This document shows positions 31,991-41,332 of a stretch of DNA of 64,000 nt, piece after piece. The first letter of the stretch is position 1; each line of letters begins with the position of its first letter. The notes under the pieces were generated by a model. It ran no database searches, was not told where the DNA came from, and worked only from the letters and a program-made list of their open reading frames with translations. The stretch lies in the NCBI GenBank assembly GCA_945872355.1, contig CAMBZU010000005.1, forward strand, positions 7,151 through 71,150, written 5' to 3'. Both the position numbers and the translations under genes were made by a program. Source of the stretch: Chitinophaga pinensis. GTDB taxonomy: Bacteria > Bacteroidota > Bacteroidia > UBA4408.

Positions 31991-32188
31991 ATGAAAACCT
32001 TTGCAGTGCTCATGATCTGTTTATTGAGTGTTATTGATACGCATGCTCAACCTGTTACCAAAACTATTGAACCTTTTTATTATAATAAACAATTCATTTT
32101 ATGGGCAAGCATTATTGCTGCACTAATGGTATTGATGCTTATTTTAAGTAAATATTTGAATGAAAAGCTTAAAAATAATAAACAATAA
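31991..32188 (+). CDS. Small hypothetical membrane protein (signal peptide + one TM)
   Basis: ORF 31964-32188; likely start at internal MKTFAVLMICLL; weak support. Confidence 0.3.
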   Translation: MKTFAVLMICLLSVIDTHAQPVTKTIEPFYYNKQFILWASIIAALMVLMLILSKYLNEKLKNNKQ

Positions 32189-32402
32189 ATTATAACTGAC
32201 TAATTTACAATCAGTAACAATGACCATATTTTCGTCTAAATGTAAAAGTAAAATTGTTTTTATTGAAGCAATTATATGGGCTATAATCATTGCTAATTCA
32301 TCAATATAGCGTATAATTGATATTATAAATTTACGTAAATGGATTTGAAATAATAAAATAGTTTAAAATATATTTGGAATTAAGAAATGTTTTTATTTAC
32401 CT

Positions 32403-32429
32403 TTGATTGTTATTAAATCAATAGTTTTG
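32403..32429 (+). promoter_or_regulatory. Predicted promoter of the XRE/S24 repressor gene with embedded inverted repeat (candidate auto-operator)
   Basis: -33-like TTG (32403-05), -7 TAGTTTTG (32422-29) 20 bp before the ATG; TTGATT-N7-AATCAA inverted repeat lies between the two elements. Confidence 0.3.
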
Positions 32430-32448
32430 ACTTTTAAAATATCAACAT

Positions 32449-33288
32449 ATGTATTTCAGCAGCAATTTTAAATTTTTACGCAGTCGTAAAAAACGATCAC
32501 AAGAAGAAGTAGCAGCAGGTTTGGGTATCAAGCGTAGTTCTATTAATAATTACGAAAACGAATATGCCCTTCCGGGGATTGATATGTTGCCAACCATTTC
32601 AAAGTATTTTGGTATCAGCATCGATTTCTTTTTGAATGAAGATTTAACTGCGATGTCAGAAAGTAAATTGCGTGAGTTAGAACTTGGTCATGATGCTTAT
32701 ATTAAAGGAACCAAACTCCGCATCTTAGCAACAACAGTTGATAGCAAAAATCGCGATAACATTGAATTAGTGCCGCACAAAGCCCGCGCAGGTTATACTG
32801 CTGGTTATAATGATCCTGAATTTATTAGCGCATTGCCAACTTTTCAATTGCCATTTTTAAGCAAGGAAAGAAAATACCGTACCTTTCAAATCAATGGCGA
32901 TAGTATGTTGCCAATTCCAGATAAATCATTTGTAACGGCCCAATTTTTAGAGAATTGGAACGATATTAAAGATGGGCATGCCTATGTGTTGCTCACACAA
33001 GATGATGGAATTGTGTTTAAAGTAGCCTACAACCAAATAAAAAGTAAAAAGAAACTGCTTCTTAAATCTTTAAACTTTGTTTACGAACCTTATGAAGTAA
33101 GTATTGGCGAAATAAAGGAAGTATGGGAATTTGTAAATTATATAAGTACGCAAATGCCTGAATCTAATCAAAGCAAAGAAGAAGTGAACAAAAGTGTAAC
33201 ACTCATTCAAGAAGAAATGCGCAAAATTGCTGAAGTGCTGCAAAGAAAACCTCAAACATTGCTTAAAAGAAAACCTCATGCGAGGTAG
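32449..33288 (+). CDS. XRE-family HTH transcriptional repressor fused to S24 (LexA/cI-like) peptidase domain
   Basis: 279 aa; N-terminal HTH (QEEVAAGLGIKRSSINNYENE); C-terminal S24 signature INGDSMLP (catalytic Ser) with downstream Lys cluster. Confidence 0.8.
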   Translation: MYFSSNFKFLRSRKKRSQEEVAAGLGIKRSSINNYENEYALPGIDMLPTISKYFGISIDFFLNEDLTAMSESKLRELELGHDAYIKGTKLRILATTVDSKNRDNIELVPHKARAGYTAGYNDPEFISALPTFQLPFLSKERKYRTFQINGDSMLPIPDKSFVTAQFLENWNDIKDGHAYVLLTQDDGIVFKVAYNQIKSKKKLLLKSLNFVYEPYEVSIGEIKEVWEFVNYISTQMPESNQSKEEVNKSVTLIQEEMRKIAEVLQRKPQTLLKRKPHAR

Positions 33289-33574
33289 TAAGTAATGTTT
33301 CAAGTTCTATTTTTGATGTGTTTAAATTGATGATTTATTAATGTTGTAAAAGCTTACAATGCGCAGCATTGATGAGGGTTTAATTTGCCTGCGCTGCTTT
33401 AGTTTACAATAAAATTCACGGCCAATGTCTCAATTAAGAAATACACTGTAAGTGTTTCAATAAAATTAATTATTCCCAATACAGTATTTGGGTTAAAAAA
33501 ACCTAAAAAAAGGCATATTAAAATTAATTGCTATTTGCAAAAAAGGCGCGTAGTTTTGTATTTAAAATAGGACC

Positions 33575-34651
33575 ATGTTTTTATACAACAGAATTAACAA
33601 GAAAGAACTAAAGGAACGTTTAAAAAGTGATGCCACACTTAGAAAAACCATTTCCTTTTATAGATATGTTATTTTAGAAAATGCCCCCGAACTAAGAGAT
33701 CAATTATTTAAAGATTTATCTGCCATGAACGCATTAGGGCGCATTTATTTGGCATATGAAGGAATTAATGCACAAATGAGCGTGCCTGAAGCTAACTATC
33801 ATAACTTTTTGGCTTATTTAGATTCTTATCCAGCATTTAAAAAGATGGCTATAAAAGCTGGTGTTGAAGATGATGGAAAATCTTTCTACAAATTAGCTAT
33901 TAAAGTGCGCAAAAAAATTGTAGCAGATGGATTAGAAGATGGTACTTTTGATGTAACCAATGTAGGCAATCATTTAGATGCTATTCAATTTAATGAAGCC
34001 CTAGATTTACCCGGAACTATTGTGGTTGACATGCGCAATCATTACGAAAGTGAAATTGGTCATTTCGAAAATGCAATTTGCCCCGATGTAGATACATTTA
34101 GAGAAGAATTGCCGATGGTAGCCGAAATGTTGAAAGACAAAAAAAACAGTAAAATTTTAATGTATTGCACTGGCGGTATAAGATGCGAAAAAGCAAGCGC
34201 TTATTTAAAGCATCAAGGATTTAATGATGTAAATCAATTGCATGGTGGTATTATTGAATACGCAAGGCAAGTAAAAGAACAAAATTTACCTGTAAAATTT
34301 AAAGGCAAAAATTTTGTGTTTGATGAGCGCTTAGGCGAAAGAATAAGCAATGAAGTGATAAGCAAATGTCATCAATGTGCTACTATTTGCGATACGCACA
34401 CTAATTGCGCCAATGATGATTGCCACTTGTTATTTATTCAATGCGAAACCTGTAAAAATACAATGCAAGGATGTTGCAGCCAAGCTTGCATTGATGTAAT
34501 TAATTTATCTGTTGAAAAGCAACGTGAGATAAGAAAAGGAAGAAAAAAAGAAGATTCTTTAAGCGTTTATAAAAGCAGATTGCGCCCAAATTTAAGTGAA
34601 CAAATCAGCAATGGGATGGTTTTCAAAAGCAATCAATCTGATTTGAAATAA
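33575..34651 (+). CDS. trhO: tRNA uridine(34) hydroxylase (rhodanese-domain UPF0176/YceA)
   Basis: 358 aa; FY.Y.......L...L........G.IY.A.EGINAQ.S N-domain and rhodanese Cys (CTGGIRCEKAS). Confidence 0.85.
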   Translation: MFLYNRINKKELKERLKSDATLRKTISFYRYVILENAPELRDQLFKDLSAMNALGRIYLAYEGINAQMSVPEANYHNFLAYLDSYPAFKKMAIKAGVEDDGKSFYKLAIKVRKKIVADGLEDGTFDVTNVGNHLDAIQFNEALDLPGTIVVDMRNHYESEIGHFENAICPDVDTFREELPMVAEMLKDKKNSKILMYCTGGIRCEKASAYLKHQGFNDVNQLHGGIIEYARQVKEQNLPVKFKGKNFVFDERLGERISNEVISKCHQCATICDTHTNCANDDCHLLFIQCETCKNTMQGCCSQACIDVINLSVEKQREIRKGRKKEDSLSVYKSRLRPNLSEQISNGMVFKSNQSDLK

Positions 34652-34699
34652 AAAATCATTTCAAAAACACATTAAAATCGAGCAAAAAGCATTTTATTG

Positions 34700-35914
34700 C
34701 TATTTCTTTCTTTTCATCAACAAAGAACTATCGCCGTAACTTAAAAAGCGATAATTATTTACAAGCGCTTCGTGATAAATATTTTTCCAATCGTTACCCG
34801 TAACTGCTGCAATAATTAATAAAAGTGTGCTTTTAGGTTGATGAAAATTTGTAATAATTCCTTCCGCAACGCGCAAGTTATAATTTGGTGTAATCATTAT
34901 TTGAGTTTTGCAAAGGAGGCGATTCAAGTTATTTTTTTTCATCCATTTTAACAAAGCATCAATGGCATTTTCACAAGAAATATCTTGTTTTAATTCATAA
35001 GCTTCCCATTGGGAAATACAAAGTTCTTCTATAGCAATATCGATGTTTTGAGCAGCTTTAACACCCATCCAATACAAACTTTCTATGGTTCTTAATGAAG
35101 TGGTGCCAACGGCAATTATTTTACCTGCAAAATGCAGCATGCTTTCAATGCTTTTTATTGAAACATCTATCAACTCTTCATGCATTATATGATCCTTATA
35201 ATGCGCTGTTTTTATTGGTTTAAAAGTACCAGCACCTACATGCAAGGTAACAAATGTTGAATTGATATTCTTGTTTTTTAATAACTGCATTACTTCATCT
35301 GTAAAATGAAGTCCTGCAGTAGGTGCTGCTACCGAACCACTTTGCTGTGCATAAACGGTTTGATAACGCTGCTCATCTTCTACATTGGCTTTTCTGTTCA
35401 TGTATGGAGGAAGCGGCAATTCGCCCGCAGCTTGTAAAATATCAGCAAATTGAATTTCTTTATTTGTCCATGCAAAGGCAATATGAAATTGCTCTTCGTT
35501 GCGATTTAACAAAGTGGCTTTTACTAAAACTTCTTGCTGTTGGTATTGATAGGTTAAAGTAATTGGTCCCGACTTCCATTTTTTTGCACCACCAACCAAA
35601 CAAATCCACTCGCTATAATTTCCATCTGACAAGGCCAATGAAGGGTCTTTGCCATTTGCAGGTGCTAAACAAAATACTTCAATAGCTTTAATTTTTTCAG
35701 TATAAAAGTACATTCTGGCATTGAAAACTTTAGTATTGTTATACACCAAAAGGCTCCCTGCTGCTATAAAATTGGGTAAATTAATAAATTTACTATGATT
35801 AATTTGATTGTTTTTATATACCAATAAGTTCGACTCATGCCTTACTGGAAGCGGAAAAGAAGCTATTTTTTCGTCAGGCAATAAATAATCTAAAGTCTGC
35901 GTTTCAAACTCCAT
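34700..35914 (-). CDS. queA: S-adenosylmethionine:tRNA ribosyltransferase-isomerase
   Basis: 404 aa; LPLPPYM, RYQTVYA..SGSVAAPTAGLHFT, ITNFHQPKSTLL, YRFLSYGD; ~40-aa insertion relative to E. coli QueA. Confidence 0.9.
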   Translation of the reverse strand: MEFETQTLDYLLPDEKIASFPLPVRHESNLLVYKNNQINHSKFINLPNFIAAGSLLVYNNTKVFNARMYFYTEKIKAIEVFCLAPANGKDPSLALSDGNYSEWICLVGGAKKWKSGPITLTYQYQQQEVLVKATLLNRNEEQFHIAFAWTNKEIQFADILQAAGELPLPPYMNRKANVEDEQRYQTVYAQQSGSVAAPTAGLHFTDEVMQLLKNKNINSTFVTLHVGAGTFKPIKTAHYKDHIMHEELIDVSIKSIESMLHFAGKIIAVGTTSLRTIESLYWMGVKAAQNIDIAIEELCISQWEAYELKQDISCENAIDALLKWMKKNNLNRLLCKTQIMITPNYNLRVAEGIITNFHQPKSTLLLIIAAVTGNDWKNIYHEALVNNYRFLSYGDSSLLMKRKK

Positions 35915-35948
35915 TTTTTAAACACAAATTAAAATAATGATTAGCGTA

Positions 35949-36179
35949 TTAAATATCCCAAACACTGTTTCTTTTGCTCTTATTGAACTTGAAATAATGT
36001 TTATGCTCAAGGATAAATGCCATAATGAAATAAATAATAACTGGCGAGCCCACTGTAAAGAAACTTAAATAAACAAAATACATTCTAATGCTTGTACTTT
36101 TAATCCCCAACTTTTTACCCCACCAAGCACAAACACCAAAGGCATGTTGCTCAAACCAGGCTGTAATTTTTTGAATCAT
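35949..36179 (-). CDS. PspC-domain small membrane protein
   Basis: 76 aa; GVCAW.GKKLGI....R..FV.L.F followed by TM helix. Confidence 0.5.
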   Translation of the reverse strand: MIQKITAWFEQHAFGVCAWWGKKLGIKSTSIRMYFVYLSFFTVGSPVIIYFIMAFILEHKHYFKFNKSKRNSVWDI

Positions 36180-36206
36180 CTTAATTTCAAATTGTATGAT
36201 ACAAAG

Positions 36207-37496
36207 TTAATTTTTTTTTATAATAAAATGACCTATGCTACACTGCAAGCATTTTTTTAAATCGCAATTGTTGTTTTTTAGTTCAAGGAGCGCTTGCGTT
36301 TGAAGCGCGTTTTTTGCTTTAATGCCAATTGATTGCCATAGTTCAATAATGTTGTTTTTTTCAGGATTTATTTTCTCCAATAGTTCAATAGCCAATTCAC
36401 ATTTATTTTCGTTGCCATAATGCTTTCCGTACACAAATATAAAAGGCACAATGGTATTAATGATAAGATTTTCTATAGCAGATTTTCCAATATTTTTTTT
36501 TGAATGTGCAGCTGTTGAAACAAAATTATAGTGATTGTCCCAATAAGGCGAAGCCGATATTTTAAACAAGTTTATTAGCGCTTCTGCACTTTCACTTTCA
36601 ATAATTTTCGAAAATAAATGTGAACTTTCATGAATAAGTGCAGCAAATTGAGCTAGTCTTACTGTGGGGAAATTCATTGGCCTTAACCTTGATAATTTCC
36701 AAGCATGACCAGCAATATGATTTAATTGATATTTTTTTTTGAGGAAGGCATATTCGTTTTGAAGCATTAATGGGTAGCTTTCCGTAAATGTTTCATTTAA
36801 AAAACCCGCTTGCCCAAACAGTAATGCCTCAATTTGATTGATGTTGTTTTTATGCCTCGCCAACACGGCCAATGGCGTATTTCTTGCAGTTAATTCAAAG
36901 GGCAATTGGTTCACTTTAAATCCAAAATTTGAAGCCAGATGTATGTAAAAACTTTGTTCCCAATTGTTATTGTTTTCAGCCAATAAGGTCTCTACAGCTA
37001 GCGATTTATGCTCAAGCCTGCTTACAATAAGTTTTTCCAAGCTTGTTTGGATAATTCCATGAGGTACCTGAGCAATGCTTTTTTCGCAAGGAATTTTATA
37101 ATTGTTTTCTTTAAAATTTTGATATTTATCAATAATGCTATCACTAATATGGTCCTTTAAAACTAAGGTTTTAAATGCTTCTCCATTTGGTTTAAACAAT
37201 GCTAAATCATTGATATAAACAACATGCAAAATTATATTTTGGTATGCAATATCGTTTTGATGTTTATGTAAAAGCCAATGTGATGATTTGATATGTAGCT
37301 CAACATTACCTGCCCACAAGGTTTCACCAATTTTTATTTTTGCATTAAAGAAATCAGGTCCTGAGTAATGGTTATGCGCACCTACTTGTATAATCTCCAC
37401 AGGCTCGCCGTCAAGTGTGGTTAAATTGTTCATTTCAAACAATTTCATTTTCCATATATATTGAAACAATTCTTCTAACATAGCTTTGTAATGCAA
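36207..37496 (-). CDS. DUF2851-family protein
   Basis: 429 aa; N-terminal L..YIWK.KLF......T..GE.VEI...G..N...GPDFFNAKI.I....W.GNVE.H...S.W..H.H matches my recollection of the DUF2851 N-terminal pattern. Confidence 0.55.
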   Translation of the reverse strand: MHYKAMLEELFQYIWKMKLFEMNNLTTLDGEPVEIIQVGAHNHYSGPDFFNAKIKIGETLWAGNVELHIKSSHWLLHKHQNDIAYQNIILHVVYINDLALFKPNGEAFKTLVLKDHISDSIIDKYQNFKENNYKIPCEKSIAQVPHGIIQTSLEKLIVSRLEHKSLAVETLLAENNNNWEQSFYIHLASNFGFKVNQLPFELTARNTPLAVLARHKNNINQIEALLFGQAGFLNETFTESYPLMLQNEYAFLKKKYQLNHIAGHAWKLSRLRPMNFPTVRLAQFAALIHESSHLFSKIIESESAEALINLFKISASPYWDNHYNFVSTAAHSKKNIGKSAIENLIINTIVPFIFVYGKHYGNENKCELAIELLEKINPEKNNIIELWQSIGIKAKNALQTQALLELKNNNCDLKKCLQCSIGHFIIKKN

Positions 37497-37818
37497 TTAT
37501 AATTAGATATTTTTGGAATACAAAATGGCATAATAATATAATGTCATGCCTGTCTCAAATACTTCATTTCTTGCCCCAGTAGCTTGTAATTTTAACCTTA
37601 TTTCTTAACAAATAGTTGTTGTAAGCTTCATTACAAGTAGGTTTTAGCTCTTTTTTTAATGTGTAAAACTAAATTAAAGATAAAAAGGGAAATAAATAAA
37701 ACTCATTAGATTTGTATCTACAAAACTATATTTAATGAAATCGCTTAAAGCATTAAGGCACATTCCAACCCAAAATGATTCAACGAATTTCAAATTTTAA
37801 AATACAAATTACTAACAC

Positions 37819-38664
37819 ATGAAACATCTTATAGCATTCATACTTTTAAACTTGAGCTTTATTGGAGTTCATGCACAAGAAGATAAGCCTACCATCAATA
37901 AAATGTGGAGTAGAGGCGAAGGCATTAAAAACTTTGTTTTTGATATTGAGTCCGATACTGTAACCTTCAATTTTTCAGAAAAAGACAAATGGTCGGCAAG
38001 TAACATTAAATCTTATGCTTTCATTTCGTTTAATGAAACAAATAGTGTAGGTAGATTAATTGTTACCAGAGATAGTGCAGACATTGAACATTTTAGAACG
38101 ATTGATATTTTGAATCTTACGATGGATTCTTTAAAATTATACTTACATCCCGAATATTTTTCCAGTGAGGACCAAGCGAGTAAAGCGATAGCGAAAAAAA
38201 TAACAGACTATAAAACATTTTTTACTACAGAATATTTATACTTAAAAAAGGTAGAAGAAAAGGCGCCTAACCTTAAGAAAACTGACTATATAGAATTTTT
38301 AAAGGATGCCCAGCTAGAAGCAAAGAAAAGAGTCACCGAAAAGACACTTATTTTAGATCCTAAAAAAGCGATTGATAAAAGATTGGAGGAGTTTTTATTT
38401 GATTTTGCTAAAAATAAAAAGTACCGCGGAAAGATATTTCAAGCCAACCTAGATAGGGCCATGAAAGCGAATGAAAAGGATGAAAACATAAAGAAAATGC
38501 TAACGGGTATTAAAACTAATTTTGTAGTTAAAAAAACGTCAGCAGCAGAAGAAACTAAAGATCCCAAAGTGAATTCTAAAAATAAAGATACTAAGTCGCT
38601 CCCAAAAAAAGATAAACCATCTAATGATTTAATTATTAAAACGGAAGAAAAAAAAAGTAAGTAA
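37819..38664 (+). CDS. Hypothetical secreted protein with Lys-rich C-terminus
   Basis: 281 aa; signal peptide; no recognisable domain. Confidence 0.45.
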   Translation: MKHLIAFILLNLSFIGVHAQEDKPTINKMWSRGEGIKNFVFDIESDTVTFNFSEKDKWSASNIKSYAFISFNETNSVGRLIVTRDSADIEHFRTIDILNLTMDSLKLYLHPEYFSSEDQASKAIAKKITDYKTFFTTEYLYLKKVEEKAPNLKKTDYIEFLKDAQLEAKKRVTEKTLILDPKKAIDKRLEEFLFDFAKNKKYRGKIFQANLDRAMKANEKDENIKKMLTGIKTNFVVKKTSAAEETKDPKVNSKNKDTKSLPKKDKPSNDLIIKTEEKKSK

Positions 38665-38759
38665 AACACTTCTGTTGATCCTGTGAGCTTATTTTGTAGT
38701 TCAATAATGCTGTTGAACCTTTAAAAGTAATATATTTGAAGATTATTAGTAATAACTAG

Positions 38760-39263
38760 ATGAACGACACAACTATTTCAGCTATTGACGCCTTAATAGC
38801 CTCCTTTGAAAAAAACACCTACACTGAAAAACATGTAATAAGTTTATTACATTATTTAGTAGAACTTGATGCTAAAGAAGAAAAGCAAACTATTGATGCA
38901 ATTATTAAAGTTTTAGGTTTTTGCACCAAAGATTTTGTTAGAGCGCCAATTATGAATGCCCTTACAAGTATTGATGCTTCAAATCCAATAAAGGCTTCCT
39001 TGTTAGCGGTATGTTGGGAGTCTGGCTTAGATTATAATAACTATTTGAATGCCTTTGTTGAAGCACTCATAAAAGGAAATGAAGCTGTGGCTATTGAAGC
39101 TTACACCATGATTCTTGAGTTTACAGAAAAAACGGAAAAAATAAAAGAAGCTATTGAAAACATAAATAGCACCGACCAAAAAAACTACTCCCCAGCACAC
39201 AGAATTTTAATTAATGACAGCCTTCAACATCTCATTAATTTATACAATAGTAATCCTCTATAA
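38760..39263 (+). CDS. Hypothetical cytoplasmic protein
   Basis: 167 aa; predicted all-helical; no motif. Confidence 0.4.
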   Translation: MNDTTISAIDALIASFEKNTYTEKHVISLLHYLVELDAKEEKQTIDAIIKVLGFCTKDFVRAPIMNALTSIDASNPIKASLLAVCWESGLDYNNYLNAFVEALIKGNEAVAIEAYTMILEFTEKTEKIKEAIENINSTDQKNYSPAHRILINDSLQHLINLYNSNPL

Positions 39264-39289
39264 ATTGATCTCTTTAATTTAATTAAATC

Positions 39290-39964
39290 ATGAAAAATAT
39301 TTCTAAAGTAATCTCCTTAATTTTGTTAGCCTTGCCTTTAATATTAAGTCAATGTAAAAAAATTACTGAAGAACCTGTTTGCATTGCTCCAGCTGCAATT
39401 ACTGTTAATAATATTACTAATTTGAGTGCCGATTTTACTTGGTCTTCAGCTGTAGATGCAAAGCAATATTTATTTGAATACAGAAAAGTTGGAACAACCA
39501 CTTACACTGTTGTAAGGGTAACCTCAGGAACAAGCACACAGTTAATTAATTTAACGGCTGCATCAAATTATGAATATCGTGTACAAACGAATTGCCCAAG
39601 CTCAAATTCAAGCTATTCAGAAGTAAAGCAGTTTATTACTAAATCAAACAATGAGGTTAATATTGTTAAGAAATGGCGAATGAAGTTCTACAAAGAAAAC
39701 AATGTAGAAGTTGCGCTTGGAGCTAATGATTATATTGATTTTGCGAGTGCCGGTGCTTTAAGTCAATCATTAACTGTTGGTGGTTCAGCTGTTGTTAGCT
39801 CAGGCACCTGGTCGCTTTTCGCAAATAGCGATTCAATAAATATCAACTTAAGCACACTTAAAAAGTGGAAAATAGAATCATTAAGTGCAAATAATTTTTT
39901 ATTGGTAAAGACTTCAGCATTGCCATTAACAACAATTGATTCACTAAGATTTGAATTGTTTTAA
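39290..39964 (+). CDS. Hypothetical lipoprotein with fibronectin-III-like module
   Basis: 224 aa; signal peptide + Cys; segment ITVNNITN.SADFTWS...A..Y.FEYR..G...Y.....T.......NLTA.S.YEYRVQT resembles an FN3 repeat. Confidence 0.45.
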   Translation: MKNISKVISLILLALPLILSQCKKITEEPVCIAPAAITVNNITNLSADFTWSSAVDAKQYLFEYRKVGTTTYTVVRVTSGTSTQLINLTAASNYEYRVQTNCPSSNSSYSEVKQFITKSNNEVNIVKKWRMKFYKENNVEVALGANDYIDFASAGALSQSLTVGGSAVVSSGTWSLFANSDSININLSTLKKWKIESLSANNFLLVKTSALPLTTIDSLRFELF

Positions 39965-40112
39965 AATTAGTGTATTAAAATAGATGTCATTGAAATTGAA
40001 CCCATCAAGGCTTTATCATTAAATAAACTTACATCATCTTTTTCGGTTTTTAACGCCAATGCATAAAGTAAAGTAAGTATGCTCTAAACGAATATCATTT
40101 AGAATGATGCGA

Positions 40113-40157
40113 TGTTTAAAACATCATTTATTTTATTGTACAAAAACGGATAAGCAT
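40113..40157. repeat. Left copy of an imperfect ~45-bp direct repeat flanking the mazEF islet
   Basis: TTAAAACATCATTTATTTTA (20/20 identical) + ....AAAAA.GGATAAGCATA shared with 41287-41332. Confidence 0.6.
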
Positions 40158-40566
40158 AAAATATACAAGCTTATCCTTTATCCTATCAACAATAATTTTA
40201 TTCGTTTAATTTACCTTAAATCTTTCAATTGAAACGTGTCGATAAAACGCAGCAATAGTAGTCATTGCCGAGCATGGACTGTACAACTAATACATGTAGC
40301 AGCATGTTTATCAAATGCGAACAATGAGCTGCGATGGCTGAGTGCACTTGTGCCAATTGCCTTTTTTGATTGATTCCACGAATTTTTTGCTCACAAGTGT
40401 TTGTTTTTTATGGAGCTCATGGGCTCGCTTATTGCGATGTTATCAGCAAAACCCCGAGCGAATTTTTTTGGACATTTTATTATTAAAAAACAATACTAAT
40501 CATTATAATTAAATTTGGAAAATAGAAATTAATGTGGTTACTTTGTAATTACATTAAAAAACGACA

Positions 40567-40812
40567 ATGAATATAGCAGTAATACCAATTGGCAACTCTA
40601 AAGGAATAAGACTTGGAAAAGCAATACTTGAAAAATACAATATCAAGGACGCTGTTGAACTAGTTCTGGAGAAAGGTTATATTATTTTAAAACCGACAAC
40701 TGCACCGAGAAAAGGTTGGGAAAAAGCATTTAAAAAAATGCATGAAAATGGAGACGACAAACTTTTAATGGCAGACATTTTTGAGGACGAAAATCTTGAA
40801 GAATGGAATTAA
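40567..40812 (+). CDS. mazE: Type II antitoxin, AbrB/MazE/SpoVT family
   Basis: 81 aa; swapped-hairpin AbrB-like N-terminus (VIPIGNSKGIRL); overlaps mazF by 10 nt; TAAATTTG -7-like motif at 40510-40517. Confidence 0.8.
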   Translation: MNIAVIPIGNSKGIRLGKAILEKYNIKDAVELVLEKGYIILKPTTAPRKGWEKAFKKMHENGDDKLLMADIFEDENLEEWN

Positions 40813-41126
40813 AGCAATATCAAATAGTTTTGGTCAACTTAGACCCGACACAAGGAAGTGAAATAAAAAAAACTCGACCATGCTTAATTATTTCACCAAA
40901 CGAAATGAATAAATATTTGAATACAATTGTGGTGGCTCCTATGACAACCGCTTCAAAACCATATCCGACACGTGTGGCAGTAAAACATAATAAGACAAAA
41001 GGTTGGGTAGTTTTAGACCAAATAAGATGTGTTGACAGATCCAGAATTGTAAAAACTTATGACAATTTAACTGAAAAAGAAATTGTAAAAGTTAAAGCTG
41101 TAATTCAAGAAACATATGTTGACTAA
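40803..41126 (+). CDS. mazF: Type II toxin, MazF/PemK family endoribonuclease
   Basis: 107 aa; VLVNLDPTQGSEIKKTRPCLIISP...VVAPMTT signature of PemK/MazF. Confidence 0.85.
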   Translation: MELKQYQIVLVNLDPTQGSEIKKTRPCLIISPNEMNKYLNTIVVAPMTTASKPYPTRVAVKHNKTKGWVVLDQIRCVDRSRIVKTYDNLTEKEIVKVKAVIQETYVD

Positions 41127-41167
41127 TTGGAGAGTTGAAGCAATTGTGTTTGGGTTCAGCTGCTAAC

Positions 41168-41282
41168 AGCATGCTAGCGATAGCCGCTGGTTCAGCGCAA
41201 ATTTGGAAGTTCGTATTTCTTTTATAAATTTGTAATAGGTTTGCAGTTCAGTGCTTCGGTATCGCCGCCATCGCTAGCATGC
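41168..41282. repeat. 115-bp element bounded by perfect 13-bp inverted repeats (GCATGCTAGCGAT / ATCGCTAGCATGC)
   Basis: Arms at 41168-41180 and 41270-41282; immediately 3' of mazF and abutting the right direct-repeat copy. Confidence 0.5.
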
Positions 41283-41286
41283 AAAA

Positions 41287-41332
41287 CGTTAAAACATCAT
41301 TTATTTTAGTAGTTAAAAAAAGGATAAGCATA
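41287..41332. repeat. Right copy of the ~45-bp direct repeat flanking the mazEF islet
   Basis: See 40113-40157. Confidence 0.6.

Noticed and set aside
34700-35914. QueA about 50 aa longer than the E. coli enzyme, a possible frameshift or fusion
   Set aside because: All QueA motifs are in one continuous frame. The extra residues form a single internal insertion in the C-terminal domain, consistent with a lineage-specific insertion and not an error.
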